64,000 bases of DNA, taken from contig OZ241891.1 in the NCBI GenBank assembly GCA_965203425.1, forward strand, positions 2,031,127 to 2,095,126, in the 5' to 3' direction. This DNA comes from Limisphaerales bacterium (lineage in GTDB: Bacteria; Verrucomicrobiota; Verrucomicrobiia; Limisphaerales; AAA164-E04). This document shows, piece by piece, positions 36,160 to 47,063 of this stretch. The notes below the pieces were generated by a model that was given only the letters and a program-made list of their open reading frames with translations, did not search any database and was not told the DNA's origin. The stretch's first letter is position 1; the number at the start of each line of letters is the position of its first letter. The position numbers and the translations under genes are program-made.

Positions 36160-37029
36160 ATGGAGACGGTTATGAAGTTCCTGTTTATTACTCCGCCGGT
36201 GGTAACTTGTTTGTCACTCTTCCGTAGGCAAGCGTTTACGTTGATCGAGTTGCTGGTCGTCATTGCCATTCTTTTGCCTGCTCTTTCAAGGGCAAAATCG
36301 ACGACTCACAAAGCGGTTTGCCTTAGCAACTAGCGGCAAATTGGGATTGCTCGGCAACTGTACGCGAACGACAACGATGGCTTTTTGATTCCGTTTCGGT
36401 TGTCGGAATTGCGGGGTTCTTGGGGCGTTGTTCTTTGCGCTCAGTATTTGGGCGCAAATACGAATCTTTTTGATTGTCCGGCGGAGAAGCGAATTCCTCG
36501 CTTAGTGTCTATGGGCAAGGTTCGGCCCGGTTGGTGGGGTTGGGGCTATCAACAAAACGCTATTGGTATACATGACAACAAAGGGAATCGCTATGGAACT
36601 GAGGACGATCCCCACTGGGGGATATCAGGGTCTACTTATTTCGGTTCTCTTCGGGAGTCTGTTGTGGTTTCACCTTCGCGCATGGTTGTGCAAGCCGATG
36701 GCTCTTCCTTTGGAATGGATTTTCAACGTAGTTCTCCAGAATTGCGGGTTATTGGGGCTTTTGGTTGTCCTTTGGTTTTTCGTTTTCCGCCTTTGGTTTC
36801 TGAGCGGGGTACTCTGGTAACCGTGGCTCGTCGTCATTCTGGGCAAGTGAATATTTTGTTTGCGGATGGCCATGTTGGATCGGAGACTCTGCATCAAATG
36901 CTTTATCCATCGGTGGAGAATTGGACGCGGTTCAATTATGACAATCGGCAGCATTGGCGGGATTCGGAGATGCCTTCTGCTTCCGGTTGGCAACCTCCGA
37001 CGCCTTGGGATGAACTGGTGGATTTTTGA
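36160..37029 (+). pseudogene. DUF1559-type prepilin-like protein gene, disrupted by an in-frame TAG and a shortened leader helix
   Basis: The frame reads METVMKF...[53 protein letters not shown]..., with TAG at 36331-36333. The prepilin methylation motif [12 protein letters not shown] is present, but the hydrophobic helix is ~7 aa shorter than usual. The C-terminal motif HSGQVNILFADGHV is present. Confidence 0.7.
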
Positions 37030-37135
37030 TGGCGGTTCTGGCATCTGCGCCCATTCTCGACAAGGAGGATTTTTATGAGGCAACCAAGGAAACCGGCGCT
37101 TGCAGACGGCGCGAAGGTAATGTAGAGTTTTGGTT

Positions 37136-38233
37136 ATGGAAAGTGATCAACCGCCTAATGTTCCCCGCGTTCGGCTTGTCCAAACTGCTTCTTCCTCTTC
37201 TCGGGGGCGGGGATGGTTTTTTTTCAGCCTCGTTCTCTTAATTCTTTTGGGCCTAACTTGGCTGGGCATTCTTGGAGGCGTAGGCGACGATCTTGCGTTG
37301 AAGGGAACTTCCGCCGACGGCCTTTGGAAGGAAACCGTTGTCAGAGATAATGCATCCACCAACCGGGTCAAAGTCGCGCTTATTGAGGCGGACGGGATCA
37401 TTTCCAGTCTGTCCTTGTCTTCGAGTGGAGGAGGGATGGCGTCATCTATTAAACGCCAGTTGCAATTGGCTGCGGAGGACGAAAACGTAGAAGGCGTGCT
37501 GTTGCGGATTGATTCGCCGGGGGGCGAGGTTCTTGCTTCGGACGACATTTACCGCGAGATTGAACGATTTCAGAGGGAAACGGGGAAACCCGTTGTAGCG
37601 TCGATGTCCGGGCTGGCGGCTTCTGGCGGTTATTACATCGCGGCGCCGTGCCGCTGGATCGTAGCCAATCCATTAACCATTACGGGAAGCATCGGAGTAA
37701 TCTTGCACAGCTACAACTATCGCGGCCTGCTAGACAAAGTCGGCGTCCAACCCCAAGTGTTCAAAAGCGGACGATTCAAAGACATGCTCAGCGGAGAAAA
37801 GCCGCCCGGCGAAATCCTGCCGGAAACCCGGGAAATGTTCCAAGCGATGATTGACGAGGCTTTTGATCGTTTCAAGGAAGTTATCCGCGAAGGCAGATCG
37901 TGGGCGCAAAGCCAAAACAACGGCGCCGGCAAGGCTTTGTCAAGGGATTGGGAAACTTACGCCGATGGCAGAATTTTGTCGGGAAAGCAAGCCTTCGAAT
38001 TCGGTTTTGTGGACGAATTGGGCAACTTCGACAAGGCAAGCGAGCGAATGGAGGAAATTCTCGGCGTCCAAGGCTTCTACCTCATCCAATATCAACGGCA
38101 TCTTGGACTGGGCGATTTTCTTCAGCTTTTCGGCAGTGCGGATTCCAACCGAATCGAAGTGGACCTTGGTTTTGACTTTTCGCAAATCCAGGCTGGCCGG
38201 TTGTATTTTCTCGCCCCGAACTATCTTCACTAA
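37136..38233 (+). CDS. sppA: signal peptide peptidase SppA (36K type)
   Basis: SGLAASGGYYIAAPCRWIVANPLTITGSIGV and an N-terminal TM segment. ATG 37136 chosen; the track ORF starts at TTG 37130. Confidence 0.88.
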   Translation: MESDQPPNVPRVRLVQTASSSSRGRGWFFFSLVLLILLGLTWLGILGGVGDDLALKGTSADGLWKETVVRDNASTNRVKVALIEADGIISSLSLSSSGGGMASSIKRQLQLAAEDENVEGVLLRIDSPGGEVLASDDIYREIERFQRETGKPVVASMSGLAASGGYYIAAPCRWIVANPLTITGSIGVILHSYNYRGLLDKVGVQPQVFKSGRFKDMLSGEKPPGEILPETREMFQAMIDEAFDRFKEVIREGRSWAQSQNNGAGKALSRDWETYADGRILSGKQAFEFGFVDELGNFDKASERMEEILGVQGFYLIQYQRHLGLGDFLQLFGSADSNRIEVDLGFDFSQIQAGRLYFLAPNYLH

Positions 38234-38251
38234 TAGAAGCAGTCTTTCTCT

Positions 38252-39412
38252 ATGAACCGGAACGCTGTTGATTCTGCAACCGCAGTATCCGCACTGCTCC
38301 TTGTGGCAGACAGCGAACGCAATGCGGACATGCTCTACGCCACCGGCCTCTTCATTCCCGATCCCTTTATCTATTTGAAAAACAACCAAACTGTTCATTT
38401 AGTCTTGAGCGATTTGGAAATGGATCGAGCGGCAAAACACCTTCCTGACGCAACCATTCACTCTTTTTCCAAACTGCGGGGACAAACAGCGCAATCCGGC
38501 ATTCCCAACCCAAACATCGGTCACGTCGCCGGCCGCCTCATGAACAAACTCGGTATCAGCCAAGTGCGAGTTCCCGCAAACTTTCCCTTTGGCATCGCTG
38601 AAATCATTCGGGAAACTTGGCCGGACATTTCCCTTTCGCCCGACCGCCTCTTTCCGGAGCGCGCCGTAAAATCGCCGGCGGAAGTTCGCAAGATTCAAGA
38701 GATTCTGCGCTTGACCCAAGAGGAATTGCGTGCCGGGATTTCCTTAATCCGAAACGCCGAGATCAAAAAAGACAGACAGCTTTGGCATCAAGATCGTCCC
38801 TTGACTTCGGAAAAAGTTCGCGCCGCCATCCATGCAACCATCAGCTCATTTGGCGGACTTCCTAGCAACACCATCGTGGCCGGCGGCAGCCAAGCCTGCG
38901 ATCCGCACGAACGAGGAAGCGGGCCGTTGAAAGCGCATTCGCCCATCATTATCGACGTATTTCCCCGATCGGAAGCCACCGGTTACTTCGGAGACTTGAC
39001 CCGAACCGTCGTCAAAGGCCGCGCCTCGGAGTCCATCCGCAGAATTTACCAAAGCGTTCTGCAAGCGCAACAAACCGCGCTGAACGCAATCCGCTCCGGC
39101 GCAAAAGCGCGAAAAGTTCACGAAGCCATCCAAGGCGCCTTCGAATCTTCGGGCTACAAAACCGAACGGCGCAATCACCACATGCAAGGCTTCTTTCACG
39201 GAACCGGCCACGGTCTTGGATTGGAGCTGCACGAAGCGCCCAACATCGGGACAAGCTCTCTGGACATCCTCCAAACAGGAAACGTCGTCACCGTGGAACC
39301 CGGCCTTTACTACTCCGAAATCGGCGGCGTCCGCATTGAAGACGTCGCGCTGATCCAAGAGAATGGACATCCTCGCTCGCTCACTGATTTTGAAAAAACA
39401 CTGGAACTCTAA
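38252..39412 (+). CDS. M24-family Xaa-Pro aminopeptidase/dipeptidase
   Basis: HGTGHGLGLELHEAP, VTVEPGLY and VRIEDV. Confidence 0.85.
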   Translation: MNRNAVDSATAVSALLLVADSERNADMLYATGLFIPDPFIYLKNNQTVHLVLSDLEMDRAAKHLPDATIHSFSKLRGQTAQSGIPNPNIGHVAGRLMNKLGISQVRVPANFPFGIAEIIRETWPDISLSPDRLFPERAVKSPAEVRKIQEILRLTQEELRAGISLIRNAEIKKDRQLWHQDRPLTSEKVRAAIHATISSFGGLPSNTIVAGGSQACDPHERGSGPLKAHSPIIIDVFPRSEATGYFGDLTRTVVKGRASESIRRIYQSVLQAQQTALNAIRSGAKARKVHEAIQGAFESSGYKTERRNHHMQGFFHGTGHGLGLELHEAPNIGTSSLDILQTGNVVTVEPGLYYSEIGGVRIEDVALIQENGHPRSLTDFEKTLEL

Positions 39413-39431
39413 ACCTTCCCCAATCCACCTT

Positions 39432-39746
39432 ATGCAACCTATGGACGTCCAAGTGATTGGAAACAGCCTCGTCATCAAATGGGACGACCAAAAAGAAAGC
39501 TTTATCCCGCTCCAATCCCTGCGCCGTTCTTGTCCCTGCGCAAGTTGCCAAGGAGAAAAAGACATCATGGGCAACGTCTACCAACGCGCTCCAAAACCCT
39601 TGACGCCCGAAGCGTTCGCCTTGATCCGCCTGACAAAAGTAGGCGGTTACGCTCTTCGGCCAACTTGGGCTGATGGACACAACACCGGTTTGTTTTCCTT
39701 TGATTACCTGCGCCAGCTGGCAGAAGCCGATGAAAAATCCAGATAA
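39432..39746 (+). CDS. DUF971 (gamma-butyrobetaine hydroxylase N-terminal-like) protein
   Basis: ATG 39432. LVIKWDDQKESFIPLQSLRRSCPCASCQGE and LRPTWADGHNTGLFSFDYL. Confidence 0.75.
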   Translation: MQPMDVQVIGNSLVIKWDDQKESFIPLQSLRRSCPCASCQGEKDIMGNVYQRAPKPLTPEAFALIRLTKVGGYALRPTWADGHNTGLFSFDYLRQLAEADEKSR

Positions 39747-39827
39747 CAACCTTCTAGAAATTCGCAAGCGTAGATCGCCGGCGAAAGAAACACCAAGTCG
39801 TTACCCGATTTATAAATTTGCATTGCG

Positions 39828-40277
39828 TTATATTTTCCCTCGAAAAGAAACGTAGTCGTCCACGTCCAAGAGGTCGAACCAAGTAATAATATCATCCCGG
39901 CCGGGCGCGATGCGTTCTTGAATCGCATTGAAGAATTTCCGTGACTCGACGTCCGAAGGCGCCCGCCGCATTTCTGACTCAGACCACGATTCAACCTCCG
40001 CCCAGCAACGTGGTTGAGACGTTGATTTGCGAACCCAATGCAAAATCAACTCATCCGACTTTCCTGTCGCTAGTTGATTCATCAACGAGTTGGGACGGAT
40101 GCCGGTAAAGCCAAAAAACCGGCGGTCCAAAGGAGAACTGAACTGATAGGCGCCGTTTTTCCCGGCAATGGTCGCCCGTCCCTTATCCAGCAAGCGCGGC
40201 AAAATCACATACCCTCCCAAGCGCACTCGAGGACTTCGAGGCGGCGCCTTTGTCAAATCTGGTCCCGTGATAACCAT
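39828..40277 (-). CDS. DUF5069-like protein
   Basis: PRSPRVRLGGYVILPRLLDKGRATIAGKNGAYQFSSPLDRRFFGFTGI matches my memory of the DUF5069 N-terminal pattern. Confidence 0.65.
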   Translation of the reverse strand: MVITGPDLTKAPPRSPRVRLGGYVILPRLLDKGRATIAGKNGAYQFSSPLDRRFFGFTGIRPNSLMNQLATGKSDELILHWVRKSTSQPRCWAEVESWSESEMRRAPSDVESRKFFNAIQERIAPGRDDIITWFDLLDVDDYVSFRGKI

Positions 40278-40396
40278 AAATGAATAACGTCACTTTTGAA
40301 CGCTACAAGATTAACCAACGTCACAAGCAACTATCTCTTCTTCCGCTCGCTTTCCCGCCGCGCCAATCTTTCCAATCGTTTATTCATCTCTTATCC

Positions 40397-40597
40397 TTAC
40401 ATGGTAATTCGAATCTCCGTTCCACATTGAAAACACTGCACCAACTTGCGGTCATTCCATAATTCTTGCGGATGATACCTAAGGCAGTTATAGCCTGTTA
40501 CCATGGGTTTAGTCTCGATTTTTCGATGCCACTTTTCATGCAATATATCCATGGCCTTTTGCCGGCATGCTTTCAGATCGCAGTTAGGGCATTTCAT
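40397..40597 (-). CDS. small CxxC...CxxC zinc-ribbon-like ORF
   Basis: MKCPNCDL...VQCFQCGTE. It overlaps by 14 nt a 28-aa ORF (40584-40670) that carries another CPKC knuckle. Confidence 0.35.
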   Translation of the reverse strand: MKCPNCDLKACRQKAMDILHEKWHRKIETKPMVTGYNCLRYHPQELWNDRKLVQCFQCGTEIRITM

Positions 40598-40734
40598 ATA
40601 AGGGGACGTACTGCGATCTATTCTCGTCCTTGCACTTCGGGCATTGATAAACCTTCTCCTTCTCGTTCATGAGATTCTCGATCTTTCTTTTTACAAAAGC
40701 TGCCGCGAGAAAGCTCTTTTGTCGCCGTTTTTCC

Positions 40735-41898
40735 TTACTTGAGCTCGATCTTGGAAGTTGTGAATTCCAGCCGTCCGTCTATTTCAGCCACGGTTCCCTC
40801 AGCGACAATGGAAGCAGTGCCTTGGCAAAGATGACGGTGGAACTTTTTGCTGACGCTGTTTTGATCCAAAATATAAAGAACATCCTTCCCGTCTGTGGAA
40901 ACGCGGATTGCATTTTGGCACACCCGGCTTTTGCTCAGCTCACATTTTAGGCAAAGCCCGACGCCTTCCAGCTTCTTGGACTCCTGCACTTCCAATTTTA
41001 TCGCCGTAAAGATCGGCCGGCCTTTTTCCCGCAACAATAAATCTCCCACGGCGATGATGTTCGCGGTTGAGGTGCAGACGTTTTTATGGAAATCCTTGCT
41101 CAGGTCATTATCGGCGAACAGATAAATCCACTCTTTGCCGTCTTTGACGAGCTTCACGGCGTTTTGGCATTGGGCAGTCTCTCCCAACTCGCACTTGGCG
41201 CACATGCCCAAGCCCTTGATCGTTGTTTTCTGAACGGTCTTTTCTTCTGGCTTTTTCGCTTTTTCAGGCTTGGCCGCTTTGGGCTTGGCCGCCGCCGGTG
41301 CCTTTGCTTTTGCCAGCTCAATCTTGGACGGCGTCAACTTCTTGACGCCCGCAAACTCCGCCACTGCGCTAATCTTCCCGGAAACCACGACGGCGGCAGT
41401 CTTTTGGCAAATCTGCTCGTGAAACGCTTTGCTGACGTCGTTATCCGTAAGGATGTAAAGAACTTGCTGGCCCTCTTCCAGCGCGCGGACACCGTTCTGA
41501 CAGGCGGGAGTCAAATCCAAAGCGCACTTCAAACAAAGCCCTTCGCCCTTGACCACTTCCTCCTTGCGCAAACTCAACTTGCTTGCGGTAAAAACCTTCT
41601 TGCCTCCGGCTTCTTGGAAAACGCCGACCGCCGAAATGTCGGCACTTCCCGTGCAAATGTTTTTGTGAAACGCCTTGCTGACGGCGTTGGCCGTCAGAAG
41701 ATAAATCACTTCCTTGCCGTCGACGCTCACCTTAATGGCGTTTTGACACGAATCCGTCTGCCCCAGCGCGCACTTGGCGCAAAGCCCGACGCCGTTAAGC
41801 GTCACCGATTCTTCCGCAACCGCCCGCAACGAAGAGACGCCGCACAACAAGAGAATCACTCCCAAAAATCCAGTCCACTTTTTCATCATCAAAACCAA
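40735..41898 (-). CDS. secreted protein built from four ~85-95-aa Cys-motif repeats
   Basis: Signal peptide MKKWTGFLGVILLLCGVSSLRA. The unit G.G.C.KC.L....CQN.....(DG.E..Y.L..N..SK.FH...C) occurs four times. An AKAKAPAAAKPKAAKPEKAKKPEE linker lies between repeats 2 and 3. Confidence 0.8.
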   Translation of the reverse strand: MVLMMKKWTGFLGVILLLCGVSSLRAVAEESVTLNGVGLCAKCALGQTDSCQNAIKVSVDGKEVIYLLTANAVSKAFHKNICTGSADISAVGVFQEAGGKKVFTASKLSLRKEEVVKGEGLCLKCALDLTPACQNGVRALEEGQQVLYILTDNDVSKAFHEQICQKTAAVVVSGKISAVAEFAGVKKLTPSKIELAKAKAPAAAKPKAAKPEKAKKPEEKTVQKTTIKGLGMCAKCELGETAQCQNAVKLVKDGKEWIYLFADNDLSKDFHKNVCTSTANIIAVGDLLLREKGRPIFTAIKLEVQESKKLEGVGLCLKCELSKSRVCQNAIRVSTDGKDVLYILDQNSVSKKFHRHLCQGTASIVAEGTVAEIDGRLEFTTSKIELK

Positions 41899-42199
41899 TT
41901 CAACAGTTTATTCCTTCCAACTCTGTGCAACCCTGATGCCAACCGCCCAGCAACGGCGCAACACCGCAAGTATCAGGCGAAGAATCAAGACGCCGCCTTT
42001 TGTAGCCGTTATCCACACTCTTTGCAACCCTATTTTGCGGAAACTTTACACAAATTCGCCCGCGCACGAAATCCACCCTCCAAAATCCAGCCAAAACAGC
42101 GGCAAACCGCCAGCACAAAACGCGGCGCATTCCGCAAGTTCAACGCGCTTCGCAGTTCTTATTTTGGATTTGCCTAACAATTCCGGTAAACTCAATTGC

Positions 42200-42947
42200 A
42201 TGGAACGCTGGCGCCTTTTCTTTCTTTTAACGGTGGCATTTTTTCTATTTTCGGAAGCCACCTCTTTGAAAATCACCGACGCTGAAACCGGCAACTTGGA
42301 ACGACCGACGAGCAACTTCATCAGGATCGGAAATCTCGGAAACAACAATCAAACAGCCGCCGCCTCATTGACGACCGGCGTTCATCCGCTCGGCTATCGA
42401 TTGAATCAAGTGATTCTCAAAATGGGCATCGGCACGGCGGTTTTGCCTTTTTCCGTTTCCCCGCCAACTTCCAATATAGCGCTTTTCCATTCATCGCCTT
42501 CCGGACCCTGCGCATTGCGGGCAACACCTTCGCAAGTGCCTTGTCGAGCGGCGATTCCCCCAAGTCGGCGGGACAATATGCTTACCGATCACCTACAAAC
42601 GTTATTTTAGCGCCGAATACAACTTACTACATAGTCGATTCCGCGCCGGACGGATTTCAGAACACTTTTTCAATTGGTCGCTCACTGCCGATCCTTTGGA
42701 AACTGTATCGGAAAACGGATGGAGCCTCGGCGAGTTGTATTCCAACGCCAATGTGCTGGGACGCGGCTAGATTATAGGCGCTGGTTACCCTCAGTTTCGG
42801 GTGGACGCCGTTCCAATATCCGGCATTCTTGGCATCGCAATAAACGAAGGCAAAGTTACAATTAAGTTTGCCGGAACGCTTTATTCTCCGAATAGTGTAA
42901 AAGGCCCCTATACGCCGGTGTCAAGCGCAATAGAAAAAGAGCGCTAA
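42200..42947 (+). pseudogene. decayed gene for a signal-peptide protein (at least two frame changes plus one in-frame TAG)
   Basis: It starts with MERWRLFFLLTVAFFLFSEA.... Protein-like reading then moves to a second frame (PFIAFRTLRIAGNTF...AGQYAYRSPTNVILAPNTTYYIVDSAPDGFQNTFSIG). It then moves to a third frame (SLTADPLETVSENGWSLGELYSNANVLGRG). TAG 42768-42770 is followed in-frame by IIGAGYPQFRVDAVPISG...EKER and TAA 42945-42947. Confidence 0.6.
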
Positions 42948-43060
42948 GATCCTTCTTCCGTGTTTGCCGTAGTAGATATGAGAACGGCGCAATTCTATAT
43001 CGCGCGTTGAGTTTTTAAGAGCAAGACAAAAGGCCAAGCGTTTGCGCCGTGGGAGAAGAT

Positions 43061-44557
43061 TTACGGGGAATCTCCCAACTGCGCCTGTAGGGTGAACAAA
43101 CGCTGTTTAAGTTCTCGAATAATATTATCTCCTCTCACCTCGTCGTAACGGTTTCTATTTTCATGCGGATCTTCAGTCAAATCATAGAACTCCCATCGTT
43201 TGTCTTCCGCAACATTAGAAAGTCCGTCAAAATAAATTAGTTTTCTTGTTTTCGTTCGAATGCCAAAATGCGCGGGCCGCCATTCGCTGTTTTCAAAATA
43301 ACGATAATACATCGCATCCCGCCAGTCCGCCGGGGTTTGACCGCGAAGATTCGCTCGGAAACTTCGCCCCTGCATAGAAGCGGGAATGCCCGCGCCGGCG
43401 TAGTCCAGAAACGTCGAGGCAAAGTCAATGTTCAGAATGACGTCGTCTACCGTGGTCCCTGCGGCGATCTCTTTTGGATATCGAATGACAAAAGGCATTC
43501 GCAAACTCTCCTCAAGCATAAACCGTTTGTCGAAATAGTTGTGCTCTCCTAAAAAATAACCTTGGTCGCTTGTATAAATCAAGATGGTGTTCTTTGTTAA
43601 TTTATGGCGATCCAAGTAATCTAGGATTCGCCCGACGTTCTCATCAATCGCCGCCCCGCAACGAAGAAAGTCTTTGATAAATTTTTGGTAAGTCTCTTGT
43701 CGAACGATTGCCGGATCTTCAGAGGACAACACAAGCCTGCCGTCGCCGTGGTTTCCCGCCGAGGTCATTCGCTCCGTCAAGATTTCTAAAGGCCAACCAG
43801 GAATTCGACTATTGGCCGGCCCCGTAGTTCCCATAAGAGAAGACGGCTCGGGGATTTTTACATTCTTATATAAAGAATTGTATCTTGGAGGAAACTGCCA
43901 CGGCGCATGCGTGGCTTTGAAGTGAAGCATCAAACAAAAGGGTTTAGAGGCATCGCGGCGATCCAGCCATGCCAGCGCTTTCTCTGTGAACACGTCCGCG
44001 GAGTAAGATCCTTTCTGTGCCTTGCCTGAGTTCATTTTCATTTCATACATCACCGGTTCCCGGTAACGCCCTTGCCCTTTGATGATATTCCAATAGTTGA
44101 ATCCCGAAGGCGCTTCTTTCAAATGCCATTTGCCGATCAAAGCGGTTTGATAGCCGGTTTGTTGAAGCCGTTTGGCAACGTTGTCAGCCTTGCTCGGCAA
44201 GGCGTCGCGGAGAGTTTTCACACCATTCCTATGGCTATACTGTCCGGTCAAAATGCTCGCTCGGCTGGGCACGCATATTGAGTTGACGCAGAAGCAGTTT
44301 TTCAAAAGAGCGCCTTCGCTTGCCAAGCGGTCGATGTTGGGCGTTTTCGCATAATCCGCCAACCGCCCGCCATAACATGACCAAGCCTGGCTGGTATGAT
44401 CGTCCGCCATGATGAAAAGAATGTTCGGGCGGCTCGCTTCCCCGTCAGCCGACACGATTCCCATGCATCCGCAGAGTATCGCCGTCAACCAATGGCGTTT
44501 GCATTCCCACGAAATCAGCGCCGCCGTTTCTTCAAAAAAACTCTGCAACTTTTTCAT
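43061..44557 (-). CDS. sulfatase (formylglycine-dependent arylsulfatase family)
   Basis: PNILFIMADDH and CVPSRASILTGQY (the CxPxR FGly motif). N-terminal signal/TM segment. Confidence 0.9.
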   Translation of the reverse strand: MKKLQSFFEETAALISWECKRHWLTAILCGCMGIVSADGEASRPNILFIMADDHTSQAWSCYGGRLADYAKTPNIDRLASEGALLKNCFCVNSICVPSRASILTGQYSHRNGVKTLRDALPSKADNVAKRLQQTGYQTALIGKWHLKEAPSGFNYWNIIKGQGRYREPVMYEMKMNSGKAQKGSYSADVFTEKALAWLDRRDASKPFCLMLHFKATHAPWQFPPRYNSLYKNVKIPEPSSLMGTTGPANSRIPGWPLEILTERMTSAGNHGDGRLVLSSEDPAIVRQETYQKFIKDFLRCGAAIDENVGRILDYLDRHKLTKNTILIYTSDQGYFLGEHNYFDKRFMLEESLRMPFVIRYPKEIAAGTTVDDVILNIDFASTFLDYAGAGIPASMQGRSFRANLRGQTPADWRDAMYYRYFENSEWRPAHFGIRTKTRKLIYFDGLSNVAEDKRWEFYDLTEDPHENRNRYDEVRGDNIIRELKQRLFTLQAQLGDSP

Positions 44558-44865
44558 AAAAATAAGGATCGCTGGAGGAATCCTGCCTCACTTCCAGGCC
44601 TCGGGCAAGATTAAACTTTTGTTGACGATGTCATTTTTCAAAAAAGTTTGACTGCGTCCGGCCTTGTTTCTCTTTCAATGCGAATAAGAAACTAGGGGTT
44701 GCGGGTTGGCCGAGCAATTCTCAGAATTCTCAGCGATGTTCTTTATCCATACTGGATGGACGGTCGGGACTCTTTTCGCGCCAACACGAATTCGGTGCTG
44801 TTGTGTTAGCGTAGCAAAAAGTCTTGCGGAAAGAGGAGGATTGGCAGCTTAATCAATAATTTCGT

Positions 44866-45633
44866 ATGAACATTGTAAAATTTTGTGTTTTTGTTTGCGT
44901 TTGTTTCTGTTTGTGGATGAGGAACGATGGCGGCGTTGTATGGGGGCAGGAGACAACGGACGGAGCCGTCGACGATTCCAAGGCGAAGACGCTTTATACT
45001 TACAAAGAGGTTCCCGATCCGGACGGGATTGGGAAGTTTTACTTTGGGCGGGAAATTGCTCAAGTGATGGGGCATTTGGGCGCGGGTTGGTTGGAGCGAA
45101 GTTCGCGGGAAGCGGAAGAAGCGCCGTCAAAATTGATGAATGCGTTAGCACTCAGACCGGGAATGGCGGTGGCGGACATTGGCGCGGGAAGCGGTTTTTT
45201 TACACGGAGGATTGCGCGGCGCATTGGAGCGAGTGGAATAGTCTACGCCGTGGATATTCAGCCTGAGATGTTAAAGATTCTCAAAGCCAACATGGAAAGG
45301 CGGGAGTTGACGAATTATCGCCTCGTGCAAGGCACGGAAAAGGATCCGAAACTGGCCGAAGGGTCGGTGGATTTGGCAATTTTGGTTGATGTTTATCATG
45401 AGTTTGCTTTTCCGCACGAGATGATGATCGCGATTCGAAAAGCGTTGAAGCCGGGCGGCCGGGTTGTGTTGGTGGAATATCGGGGGGAAGACGACTGGGT
45501 GCCGATCAAGCCACTCCATAAGATGACCCAATCACAAGTGAAAAAGGAAGCGGCGGCGCAAGGGTTTAAGTGGATAGAGACTTTGGATGTATTGCCGAGG
45601 CAGCATATTCTCGTTTTTGGAAAAAAGGAATAG
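44866..45633 (+). CDS. class I SAM-dependent methyltransferase with an N-terminal signal-like segment
   Basis: VADIGAGSGFFTRRIA and GIVYAVDIQPEML. Hydrophobic N-terminus MNIVKFCVFVCVCFCLW. Confidence 0.8.
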   Translation: MNIVKFCVFVCVCFCLWMRNDGGVVWGQETTDGAVDDSKAKTLYTYKEVPDPDGIGKFYFGREIAQVMGHLGAGWLERSSREAEEAPSKLMNALALRPGMAVADIGAGSGFFTRRIARRIGASGIVYAVDIQPEMLKILKANMERRELTNYRLVQGTEKDPKLAEGSVDLAILVDVYHEFAFPHEMMIAIRKALKPGGRVVLVEYRGEDDWVPIKPLHKMTQSQVKKEAAAQGFKWIETLDVLPRQHILVFGKKE

Positions 45634-45659
45634 TCGTCTTGTCCAAAGAAAGCGCTTTT

Positions 45660-46976
<1,317 letters not shown>

Positions 46977-47063
46977 TTATAGACTGCCTTTGCGTTGAGT
47001 CAAGCATTTCCACTCGGTGCTTTCTCTAGAGAATTTTTTCCTCTTTTAAGTTAAAAGGAAGCA

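Noticed and set aside
25024-42770. Three independent in-frame TAG codons (25024-25026, 36331-36333, 42768-42770) after which protein-like reading continues. This raised the idea of TAG reassignment or read-through.
   Set aside because: TAG terminates several confident genes at natural C-termini: tpiA at 32875, secG at 32372, mod at 9929, the MTase-HNH gene at 18643 and dxr at 914. No pyl-type genes are in view. All three interrupted genes show additional damage, either frameshifts or a truncated leader. Ordinary pseudogenisation is the simpler explanation.
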